A DNA stretch of 64,000 bases from an uncultured virus (IMG/VR IMGVR_UViG_3300034106_002919) (taxonomy: Duplodnaviria > Heunggongvirae > Uroviricota > Caudoviricetes): the IMG/VR virus record IMGVR_UViG_3300034106_002919; one strand, given 5' to 3'. This document shows, in pieces, positions 7,661 to 15,720 of the stretch. Numbering within the stretch: the stretch's first letter is position 1; each line of letters starts with the position of its first letter. Made by a program: the position numbers and the translations under genes. The notes beneath the pieces were generated by a model. That model was not told where the DNA came from. It worked only from the letters and a program-made list of their open reading frames with translations, and did not search any database.

Positions 7661-7720
7661 CGAACACCTGTTCGCACCTCGACCGAACACTTGTTCGCAA
7701 GCTAAGCGAACACTTGTTCG
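7661..7720. promoter_or_regulatory. three LexA (SOS) boxes at 23-bp spacing
   Basis: cgaacacctgttcg 7661, cgaacacttgttcg 7684 and 7707. Confidence 0.8.
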
Positions 7721-7825
7721 CAAAAAAAAATATCAGGCTATAATAGAAATGGGGTTGATCAAGGCTTACAACTATGGTAAAAATGGTGTATCGGAATAAC
7801 CCGATATCTACCGAAAGGATAAGTC

Positions 7826-8233
7826 ATGAAAGTATCCGCCAAACTCGCAAAGGCTTTTGCGAAATACAACGCCAACGCCAAGGCTCACCAAGTCAAGCCG
7901 ATTAGCGAGGCTCGCCTACCGTTGTTCTCACTCTTGGAGAACATTGTCAAAGTCGTACCTAGCACACTCTCCGAGTTTGCGGATACGAGTGACCGTTCAA
8001 CCGCTACGGCTCGCTACCGTTCTTGTGTGGAGGCTTACGAGTCGGGCGAGTCTTGGGTAACGCTCGTAGATGTCTTTGACTTCTGCGAAGTCCGTTCTGC
8101 TAATCCTCGCTACGAGAACACTTTGCGCGAGGCTATTAACTCGTACTACTTGCTAGGCGTGAACGCTCGCTCGTTCTCCGTAGTACCCGATAGGGCAAAC
8201 GGGCAACGGGCATATATCGTTCGCACCAAGTAG
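7826..8233 (+). CDS. family B hypothetical protein, copy 3
   Basis: 135 aa; ISEARLPLF shared with 6167; leader ctaccgaaagga. Confidence 0.85.
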   Translation: MKVSAKLAKAFAKYNANAKAHQVKPISEARLPLFSLLENIVKVVPSTLSEFADTSDRSTATARYRSCVEAYESGESWVTLVDVFDFCEVRSANPRYENTLREAINSYYLLGVNARSFSVVPDRANGQRAYIVRTK

Positions 8234-8254
8234 CAAACAAAACTGACCCGCTTT

Positions 8255-8289
8255 GCGAGAGTCCTAGCCGAAAGGCTAGGACTCTTTGC
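8255..8289 (+). terminator. intrinsic terminator
   Basis: gagagtcctagcc-gaaa-ggctaggactctt. Confidence 0.8.
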
Positions 8290-8483
8290 TATTGACGCTG
8301 CGAACACACGGTCGAGAGCGGGTCTGTACCTAAGCATTACCCTCAAGAAATATATACTCAAATTTTTCCTAAAATTGGATCGGAAATAAGCCTTGAAAGC
8401 TGGGGCTAAGAAAAAATCGGGGCTAAGACAATAATAAAGACATGCAATAATCTACATAGGAGAAGGAATAAAAGTTTCGGGGT

Positions 8484-8714
8484 TTAATCTTCTTCAGGAT
8501 TGCAAACTAATAGGTTTCTAATATCTAAGAGAAGATCAAACATCTCATTGGAGGAATAAATCTCTCTAGACAATGAGAGTTCAAGATTTTCATCAATGGA
8601 ATCTAGGGCTGCCAATACATTTTCAATCAATAGTTGCTTGGGGATAACACTCACGCCCTTTTTCTTGGGGTTCTTCTTTGTGGGGTTCTTTGGTTTTTCA
8701 ATGAGTGCTTCCAT
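8484..8714 (-). CDS. hypothetical protein
   Basis: 76 aa ORF with AAGGA RBS; last gene of the minus-strand block. Confidence 0.6.
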   Translation of the reverse strand: MEALIEKPKNPTKKNPKKKGVSVIPKQLLIENVLAALDSIDENLELSLSREIYSSNEMFDLLLDIRNLLVCNPEED

Positions 8715-8821
8715 ATCCTTGTTCCATTACATATATCATATCAACAATTCCACAATTTGCATAAGTCACATAAGTCACCTGAATGCCTTGAATGCCTCTG
8801 TTAGTATCTTCCGAGGCCCAC

Positions 8822-9568
8822 TCAATTGATTTCAATGTTGAACTTTGGCTTGCTATTGTGCTGGGCAAGATTATTCTCACCCAATTTTGTTATTTCATAC
8901 CCCAAATCTTCCAATAACTTGTACAACTCCTGTCTTCTTGGTTGAAACCATTCCTTATGAGTCCAAGCCTCAAACATGATCGGAGGATACCCATTGTTTG
9001 TTAGTGTTTGAACGGCCCCACGAATCACGGCCATCTCCAAGCCCTCAACATCAATCTTTATAAGCCTTATATTTTCTATGTTGAGAGCATCAAGATATGT
9101 TGAAATCATGAATTCAACCTCACCCTTTGTTGAGGCTTCATATGCTTTTTCACGAACCTCTGGGTCAATACTGAAGGCTCCAATATTACCTTCTGTCATA
9201 TAGTTGGGTAATTGTATTTCTACCTCTTCTTCACGATCTGAAATTGCATACTCATATGCATATACATTATGTAATGAGTTTATAATTATGTTTCCGCAAA
9301 GTTGGTAATAAATAACCCTTTGAGGCTCGTATGCATTGAATTTTATATGTGGAAAGGTCTTTGCCAACGGGATTGTAAAAACTCCAAGATTTGCGCCAAT
9401 ATCCAAAACAACCCCATCTTCGCATTCAGATAGAATCGCATTGGCTATCTTTAATAATGCTTGCTCAAAACCGCCCGTGTGTCTTATGGAGTCGGAAACA
9501 ATGTCATTCTTTTTGAATAGGATAAACTTGCACCCATTTGTTTCAATAATATCAGTCTGAGGAAGCAT
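8822..9568 (-). CDS. FkbM-family methyltransferase
   Basis: VLDIGANLG, YEPQ and IKIDVEGLE motifs. Confidence 0.9.
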   Translation of the reverse strand: MLPQTDIIETNGCKFILFKKNDIVSDSIRHTGGFEQALLKIANAILSECEDGVVLDIGANLGVFTIPLAKTFPHIKFNAYEPQRVIYYQLCGNIIINSLHNVYAYEYAISDREEEVEIQLPNYMTEGNIGAFSIDPEVREKAYEASTKGEVEFMISTYLDALNIENIRLIKIDVEGLEMAVIRGAVQTLTNNGYPPIMFEAWTHKEWFQPRRQELYKLLEDLGYEITKLGENNLAQHNSKPKFNIEIN

Positions 9569-9572
9569 TTGA

Positions 9573-10202
9573 TTATCTTATCAGAATCAGGCCAGCAACT
9601 CTTGATATCCACCAACTTCTTTTTAAAGATCCAGTTCCGTTGTAATGAATACCATCACCATAAAACCAAGTTGGATTTGACTTTGCAATTGTTGCCCAAT
9701 CAAAGATATACATATTTGAATATTTTACTTTTTGTTTAATTAGCATTGAGTTCCAAATATTTGAGTTTTTTGCACTATATGTCGGCCTTGTTGGAGAATC
9801 TGACCAAACATTTATCCAAAGTACCTTTTGACCACCAATTACAAACATCATTTTATTAAAACGATCAAGCATGCCTTCTGGAGATGTTGCTGATGAATCA
9901 TTTGTCCCGAGTGCTACAACCCAACAGATGTTATCCCCCAGAGCCTCCTGATAGTGCCTCACAGTTTCTATTCCATTCATTGGGGCAGAATCACCCGAAA
10001 AGATAATTGAACGACCATTGGAGGCATTTACAACGACCTGAGAGAATCCTGCTGCCTCGTAGTCGGTCTTGATTGTTCCCATCATTGACAAAGTTGTTGA
10101 ATCACCAATATGAACAAGATAATCACATCTTTGAGTTGTTTTAATCCCTTCACAGGAAAAAGGGGTTAACAATAAAGAAATTATTAAGATTAATATTTTC
10201 AT
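9573..10202 (-). CDS. secreted SGNH/GDSL hydrolase-like protein
   Basis: signal peptide; GDS, LGTND and DGIH blocks. Confidence 0.85.
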   Translation of the reverse strand: MKILILIISLLLTPFSCEGIKTTQRCDYLVHIGDSTTLSMMGTIKTDYEAAGFSQVVVNASNGRSIIFSGDSAPMNGIETVRHYQEALGDNICWVVALGTNDSSATSPEGMLDRFNKMMFVIGGQKVLWINVWSDSPTRPTYSAKNSNIWNSMLIKQKVKYSNMYIFDWATIAKSNPTWFYGDGIHYNGTGSLKRSWWISRVAGLILIR

Positions 10203-10206
10203 CCTG

Positions 10207-10291
10207 CGGAGAGAGAGGGATTTGAACCCCCGCTATCTTGCGATAGGCCTGTTTTCAAGACAGGTGCATTAGTCCACTCTGCCATCTCTCC
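10207..10291 (-). tRNA. tRNA-Ser(UGA)
   Basis: cloverleaf GGAGAGA..., anticodon loop CTTGAAA, long variable arm, GGTTCAAATCC. Confidence 0.92.
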
Positions 10292-10348
10292 AACGAATTA
10301 ACACCATGTACAGAGCCTCACCTAAGCGGTCAATGTTAATTCTATAGG

Positions 10349-10423
<75 letters not shown>

Positions 10424-10427
10424 GCTG

Positions 10428-10500
10428 TCTGGATGGCAGGACTTGAACCTGCGACCTCCTGTTCCCAAAACAGGTGCGCTACCAACTGTGCTACATCCAG
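10428..10500 (-). tRNA. tRNA-Pro(UGG)
   Basis: CTGGATGTAGCACAGTTGGTAGCGC..., loop TTTGGGA. Confidence 0.93.
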
Positions 10501-10510
10501 CAATTCTTAA

Positions 10511-11137
10511 TCATTCTACATCGTAATGATATCTATCATCATCAGATGTTCTCCATTTATCCGCATCCTCAACATCCCATTGTCTGGTGTTAATCAGGCG
10601 ATCAATGAGGTTTACTTTCTTTGTGGTAAATGAAGGATCATAAAGTCTTACACGATTATTTGGTTGAATTGCAAAATTACCATCGTTTCTTAACATTACA
10701 TGACCGCACTTGTGCTGGCCAGGATTAGTGCTAAAACCAAGATTTGTAATATTATCATCTGGAGCATGCCAGTCTAGTGTGAATAGATATTTAGCATCTA
10801 CAAACTCCCCAGATCTGCTTACATACTTCATTCGCATATTCCTCATTGCTTGAAACTCAGTTACCGTAACATGAGGGCTGAATGAATTCCATAAGACAAG
10901 TTCATGGATATCAACTTCTGGCACATCTGGTTCAGCACAGAATGCGCTAATTGGCATTCTCCACCAAACACCTCCGTCTTCCATTAGAAAGTGAAATAAA
11001 GGACTACGGCCTTGTATTGATGCTACTCCAAAAATCATGCATGGAAAATACTTATCAAAAGAATCCTTTTGATTGCGAAGATAGTTTCCTCTTACATAAC
11101 ATTCAATTGGCGGTATATTTATATTTAGTTCTGGCAT
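10511..11137 (-). CDS. conserved-looking hypothetical phage protein
   Basis: 208 aa ORF inside the tRNA cluster; TATAAT just upstream (leaderless). Confidence 0.8.
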   Translation of the reverse strand: MPELNINIPPIECYVRGNYLRNQKDSFDKYFPCMIFGVASIQGRSPLFHFLMEDGGVWWRMPISAFCAEPDVPEVDIHELVLWNSFSPHVTVTEFQAMRNMRMKYVSRSGEFVDAKYLFTLDWHAPDDNITNLGFSTNPGQHKCGHVMLRNDGNFAIQPNNRVRLYDPSFTTKKVNLIDRLINTRQWDVEDADKWRTSDDDRYHYDVE

Positions 11138-11152
11138 GATGCCATTATACAG

Positions 11153-11226
11153 TAGGTGCAGTGAGATTTGAACTCACACTGGAAGGATTTTAAGTCCTCT
11201 GTCTCTGCCGATTGGACTATGCACCC
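11153..11226 (-). tRNA. tRNA-Leu(UAA), short variable loop
   Basis: GGGTGCATAGTCCAATCGGCAGAGAC..., loop CTTAAAA. Confidence 0.85.
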
Positions 11227-11234
11227 TTGTTCAG

Positions 11235-11316
11235 TGGGCAAAGAGGGACTTGAACCCTCACTCCGAAAGGAACAGGAACCTAAATCCTGCGCGTCTGCCA
11301 ATTTCGCCATTCGCCC
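11235..11316 (-). tRNA. tRNA-Leu(UAG)
   Basis: GGGCGAATGGCGAAATTGGCAGACGC..., loop TTTAGGT, long variable arm. Confidence 0.93.
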
Positions 11317-11320
11317 TCTG

Positions 11321-11393
11321 CTCCAACCCCAGGGCTTGAACCTGGAACCAACGGATTAACAGTCCGCTGCTCTGCCAATTGAGCTAGGTTGGA
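11321..11393 (-). tRNA. tRNA-Asn(GUU)
   Basis: TCCAACCTAGCTCAATTGGCAGAGC..., loop CTGTTAA. Confidence 0.95.
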
Positions 11394-11410
11394 TCAATCG
11401 CACTGTTGAT

Positions 11411-11704
11411 CTAATCTTTTATATTAAATTTAATGTTAATATCTAAAGAACCATCATTAGTTTCAAACTTTTCTGTTGTATCTGAAAAGTCTAGTTCTTT
11501 TACTCTTTCTTCAATTAATTGAGAAATAATAATTTTTAATTCTTCTGTTTCTTCGTCTGTCATTTTTGATTCAATATCAATGAAGTCTCTTTCATTATCA
11601 GACCAATTACTTTTCACAAACCTTCCTTTTTTTTGAATTTTATAATCAACCAGCAAATATATAATCCATCCTAAACAGGTAATAGCAATAAGGATTTCAT
11701 ACAT
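11411..11704 (-). CDS. hypothetical protein with N-terminal TM helix
   Basis: 97 aa, hydrophobic N-terminus, GAGG RBS. Confidence 0.7.
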   Translation of the reverse strand: MYEILIAITCLGWIIYLLVDYKIQKKGRFVKSNWSDNERDFIDIESKMTDEETEELKIIISQLIEERVKELDFSDTTEKFETNDGSLDINIKFNIKD

Positions 11705-11705
11705 A

Positions 11706-12317
11706 CTAATAACCTCTCAATGGCAGTAAAAACTCACATTCTTTTGTATGAGGGTCTATTCTAATAAACATCATAGCAACAACACAGTATCCAAGAATAT
11801 CAATCAAAGTGTCTACAACTGTTTCATTTGGAACAGAATTGAGTTTGCCAATATTCAAAATATTTTTAAAGTCATCACTACCAGACTTCATAAATAGATT
11901 ACTAAGTCTAGCCAATTTATCACTCAGCCTAATACAAATTCCAATAAGACCGAACTTGGAAATATTCTCAGGTCCATAATCTTTTTGTTTTCTAGTAAGA
12001 AGGTTAGCAATGCTTTCAACACGAACATCTTCTGGAGAAATATCTTGAAGAATTGAACAAGAAGTTGCTGCAATCATAAACCAATCAAAGTCATTTTGAT
12101 CAGCAATTTTTTCAGAGTTTAAGCCTTTTACAATAGGAGCAATATTTGTATCAAAATAAGTAATTAAATAGTTATACTTATCATGAGTTGTCATATCTCC
12201 TTGATCCCAGTAACACTTGTCTAATACATCGTAGACACAGTTATAACAAGCATCTTCCCAAGACTGCCTTGAATCCGTTGGATTATAAACAACCCATTTA
12301 TTTTTTCTAATTTTCAC
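11706..12317 (-). CDS. DUF1599 / nucleotide-modification-associated domain 1-like protein
   Basis: RKQKDYG...IRLSDKLARL...DTLIDILGY signature. Confidence 0.75.
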   Translation of the reverse strand: MKIRKNKWVVYNPTDSRQSWEDACYNCVYDVLDKCYWDQGDMTTHDKYNYLITYFDTNIAPIVKGLNSEKIADQNDFDWFMIAATSCSILQDISPEDVRVESIANLLTRKQKDYGPENISKFGLIGICIRLSDKLARLSNLFMKSGSDDFKNILNIGKLNSVPNETVVDTLIDILGYCVVAMMFIRIDPHTKECEFLLPLRGY

Positions 12318-12736
12318 TTTTCTTTTCTCCTTTCTTCCTCTGGGTTAAGGATTTCAAAGTTACCTCTTCCAACCTTTTTAAAGTATGCTCTATTGTTGTT
12401 AAAAAAGTTATAGAATGTAGGGAGGGTAATTCCAAGTTCTTCAACCATGTCTTTACCAGAAATTGTTTTTCCTACATTGTTTTCCAAAAATGCTTTAATG
12501 GATGAGCTCTTAGATCCTCGTTTTTTCTTTTCTTTCATCTCAATATCAAAATTATAATTTTTCCAAAACTCATTGGCTAATTCTTGATTTAAATTATAAT
12601 AATTAATTGTTTCGGTAAGCGACATTTCGTAATGATTACCAGTAAGAATTGCAGAAATAGTTCTTCTAGATTCTTGATCTAGATTTCTATTAATATTTTT
12701 AATTTCTTGGTCTAATTGCTGTCTAGAAATACCCAT
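12314..12736 (-). CDS. putative winged-HTH DNA-binding protein
   Basis: ISGKDMVEELGITLPTFYNF...FKKVGRGNFEI. Confidence 0.65.
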   Translation of the reverse strand: MGISRQQLDQEIKNINRNLDQESRRTISAILTGNHYEMSLTETINYYNLNQELANEFWKNYNFDIEMKEKKKRGSKSSSIKAFLENNVGKTISGKDMVEELGITLPTFYNFFNNNRAYFKKVGRGNFEILNPEEERRKEK

Positions 12737-12762
12737 TGTTCTCCTTTGATAGTAGGAGTATA

Positions 12763-13284
12763 TCAGGACTTTCTAGAAGGAGTCCTATTTTTTGTAGCAG
12801 TTTTTTTGGCTGGAACTTTTTTTGGTTCAATTAACTTTGGCATATCTGGAGTTGGGAATAGAGGAGCTATTGCTTCTGAAATTAGATCAATTGCTCTCTC
12901 TGATTGATATCTAACAGCAGCTTCCATTGTTTTTGAAATTGTTGGATTTGTATCATTTACATCCAAAGCCTTTACAATTTCAACAGCAACCTCTTCTATT
13001 GGAGAAAAATGACAATGAAGTAATTCATGAACAACCGTAGCTCTTAAATCTTCTGGTTTATCTTTCTTGTAATTTTTATGAAATTGCATTTTTGCTAGAT
13101 GTTGCCATTCAGTAACGCTGGTTTCAGCTAAAGCGTCTTCTGAACATGGCTGGGGGTCTATGACTATCTTCCAATTAGACAGGTTCATCATCCCCTTCAT
13201 CTTATTAACATACCTAACTAGCCAGTCATCAACTTTTGGCACTTCTTTAATTTGGTTAGGTTCTGTTTTCTTTATTGTGTTCAT
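12763..13284 (-). CDS. HExxH zincin-like metallopeptidase
   Basis: VVHELLHCH motif. Confidence 0.65.
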   Translation of the reverse strand: MNTIKKTEPNQIKEVPKVDDWLVRYVNKMKGMMNLSNWKIVIDPQPCSEDALAETSVTEWQHLAKMQFHKNYKKDKPEDLRATVVHELLHCHFSPIEEVAVEIVKALDVNDTNPTISKTMEAAVRYQSERAIDLISEAIAPLFPTPDMPKLIEPKKVPAKKTATKNRTPSRKS

Positions 13285-13357
13285 AATAAAAAATAGGCCC
13301 TTGGCCTACTGCAAAGAACTAGCGCTCTTCACAGCCCAAGGGCCTATTTAAATTTTA

Positions 13358-13573
13358 TCAGGACTTTCTGCTCTTTGCCTTTAAATGCCAAGAAATATGA
13401 TCATCTAATTTAGATGAAACATCCTTAACATCATCATGTAAAACTTTTAGTGATTCTCTTACAAACGCATGGTCTTCTTTATTTTCTTTGCGTAGTTTTT
13501 GAACAATAGCAATAACAATACCGCTAAGCCCAGTTAAACCAGCAACAATAATTGCAGACCAAGCTTCAGTCAT
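13358..13573 (-). CDS. small membrane protein
   Basis: N-terminal TM helix followed by coiled-coil (RKENKEDH...LDDHISWH). Confidence 0.75.
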   Translation of the reverse strand: MTEAWSAIIVAGLTGLSGIVIAIVQKLRKENKEDHAFVRESLKVLHDDVKDVSSKLDDHISWHLKAKSRKS

Positions 13574-13574
13574 A

Positions 13575-13964
13575 CTACTTTAGTCCAAGAATAACGTCAG
13601 CAATATCTTCAACTGACATATCAAATGAACCATATTCGCTTACATGATCTTTGAGAATCTCAATAAGATCGCTCTTCTTAACAATTTGAGCATCTAGTGG
13701 AACCTCTTTTGCTGGAGAGGCATAGCCAGCTCCAGATGTTGGTGGTTGAGCACTTCCAAACTCTGGGATATTTGTTACCTTTTTGTCTGGGTCCAATGGA
13801 ATTTCTTCCATCATGCTTTTAAGAAGATCTGTTTGTGAGTTATGCCAAGCAGCAGCCTTAATGTGGTCCTGCATTGACTCAGCAGCAGCTTTTGCCATTG
13901 ACTCATGCCAATTCTTCATAGAATCATGATCTGTAACCATTTTTTGAATATTATTATTCTTCAT
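13575..13964 (-). CDS. hypothetical protein
   Basis: 129 aa, AGGAGG RBS. Confidence 0.75.
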   Translation of the reverse strand: MKNNNIQKMVTDHDSMKNWHESMAKAAAESMQDHIKAAAWHNSQTDLLKSMMEEIPLDPDKKVTNIPEFGSAQPPTSGAGYASPAKEVPLDAQIVKKSDLIEILKDHVSEYGSFDMSVEDIADVILGLK

Positions 13965-14967
13965 TTTTCCTCCTATTTAAAATAACCTCTTTAAATAAAG
14001 AAATTAATTGAGAAAGCGACATTTCTTCATCTTCCATTTCGCTTTCCATCTCGTCTTCCATCTTGTCTTCTTCCTCTTCTTCATCATTTTCCATTTGAAC
14101 AAGACCGTCTGGAATCACGGCAAATCTGCACTTGCCAAAATCTTCTACTTCGCCAGCAATAATTTTACATACGCCATTACCTTCATAAAGAACACAATTC
14201 ATACAATGAACTCCTATTTCTTTATCATCATTTTCTTCAGCCGACTCATATCCAGCCCAAATTCCAGTTCCATCTTCATTAAATTTGCCATATTTTTCAG
14301 CAATAGCCTTTAAAGAATAAGCAAGCATTGCTTCATCTTCTGTAAGGTATTCTGAATAATTTTTATTCATGTCCATTTTAGACACCCTCCTATACTTTCC
14401 GCCTCTTTTTTTGTACTCCCTAACAAGCCAAGCATTTGCATAAGCAGATGGGTAAACATCAAATTTTGCCTTTGCTTCTGCCTTTACTCTAGCATAAAGG
14501 GTTGGGTTTGTTGGAACATTTACAGATTCAGCTTTTTCTGTAGAGACATAGATTGGCTTCTTATCTTGCCTTCTTTCAGTAGACTCTGCCCTTCTTTTTC
14601 TTCTGACAGCTGAAGCGATTTCTTCTGGAGACATTCTAGCTGCTCTTGCTGCTGGAACACACTTCGGATATTTGCCTTTATCTGCATCTGGTCTACCGCA
14701 TGGCTCAAATCCACCACCAGCTTTTGGTCTTGATAGATCAACCCATTCTTCCGCAAACCAGTCTTTTAAGCCTTTAACAACTTCTTGAACTTCTTTTTCA
14801 AACTTAGTTGTAGGTTCATACTCACCAATTGCAATCCCTTGAATTGTAGCTTTTCTTTTCGCTTCACTCATACTTTTTTCATTATTTGGAGTATATGTAT
14901 AGCACTTACCAGAGTCACCCCATTTAAAACCAGGTTTTTCACCAGAAGAGCACGAATTTACAGGCAT
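13954..14967 (-). CDS. mosaic multidomain protein (DUF5872-like segments and 4-Cys HiPIP-like motif)
   Basis: WF.EEWVD, YPSAYAN..LV.EYKKRGG and CMNC-x8-C-x12-C motifs. Confidence 0.75.
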   Translation of the reverse strand: MPVNSCSSGEKPGFKWGDSGKCYTYTPNNEKSMSEAKRKATIQGIAIGEYEPTTKFEKEVQEVVKGLKDWFAEEWVDLSRPKAGGGFEPCGRPDADKGKYPKCVPAARAARMSPEEIASAVRRKRRAESTERRQDKKPIYVSTEKAESVNVPTNPTLYARVKAEAKAKFDVYPSAYANAWLVREYKKRGGKYRRVSKMDMNKNYSEYLTEDEAMLAYSLKAIAEKYGKFNEDGTGIWAGYESAEENDDKEIGVHCMNCVLYEGNGVCKIIAGEVEDFGKCRFAVIPDGLVQMENDEEEEEDKMEDEMESEMEDEEMSLSQLISLFKEVILNRRKNEE

Positions 14968-14989
14968 AGTAAGTTTATTTTATCATAAA

Positions 14990-15277
14990 TTACTTATAAA
15001 TGGTATATAGATCTTCTTGTTCCCAGCGCTGAACTGGTATTTTTACATTATGAAAAGCAGCATAAGCATCATCTGATGAATAGTACATCCTTGCGTATGC
15101 TTTTCTTGCCCCTTCATCATAAACAGGGCATTCTGGGTTTGGGTCAAGATAAAGAGCCTTATATTGATAAGGATCCTCTTCCCAGTGAACTGCATTAACT
15201 ATTTTTAGCTCTTTAAAGCAGTATGGACAAATTTTTGTTGGATAAGGAAAATCCTTAATTATCCTCCCAATAATCAT
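14990..15277 (-). CDS. hypothetical protein
   Basis: 95 aa, CPYC motif. Confidence 0.7.
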   Translation of the reverse strand: MIIGRIIKDFPYPTKICPYCFKELKIVNAVHWEEDPYQYKALYLDPNPECPVYDEGARKAYARMYYSSDDAYAAFHNVKIPVQRWEQEDLYTIYK

Positions 15278-15548
15278 CTACATCATCTCCATCGTTATCT
15301 TCAAATCTTCTTTTACTAATATTATTGTTTAGAATAAAAGCAATTATCTCATCAATTTTATTATGAGCAATCTCAACTCCATCCATTAAGCAATTAAGTT
15401 CTTCAATAGTCATAACATATTCATCTGATGGTGACAATATTGTAAAAACTGGAACAAATGAGTCCTCAAACGGAATTGCTTTAATCAGCACTGCTAGGCT
15501 CTCTATCTGTTCTAAACTATCATCACCCTCGTATGGAACAATTCTCAT
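15255..15548 (-). CDS. hypothetical protein
   Basis: ORF 15255..15575; ATG at 15548 follows AAGGA. Confidence 0.7.
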   Translation of the reverse strand: MRIVPYEGDDSLEQIESLAVLIKAIPFEDSFVPVFTILSPSDEYVMTIEELNCLMDGVEIAHNKIDEIIAFILNNNISKRRFEDNDGDDVDDYWEDN

Positions 15549-15550
15549 AT

Positions 15551-15649
15551 TTAATCCTTTGAGGCGACAAACCAACTGGCAATCAGAAGACCCAAGCCTG
15601 TGGTTATAAGCAACAAGCCAGTAATTCCTGGATCATGACCGAATGACAT
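15551..15649 (-). CDS. 32-aa single-TM peptide (not in ORF track)
   Basis: MSFGHDPGITGLLLITTGLGLLIASWFVASKD*, GGGG RBS, fills the gap. Confidence 0.55.
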   Translation of the reverse strand: MSFGHDPGITGLLLITTGLGLLIASWFVASKD

Positions 15650-15720
15650 GACAACACCCCATCTAATAATTAATGCAATTAGATAATTCCAAGCAAGAAG
15701 TATTAGTAAAGCAACTACAA

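Noticed and set aside
8698..8880. 60-aa minus-strand ORF
   Set aside because: Overlaps the FkbM gene end with no clear RBS; a shorter real gene cannot be excluded.
11125..11359. ORFs 11125..11310 and 11168..11359
   Set aside because: They overlap tRNA genes.
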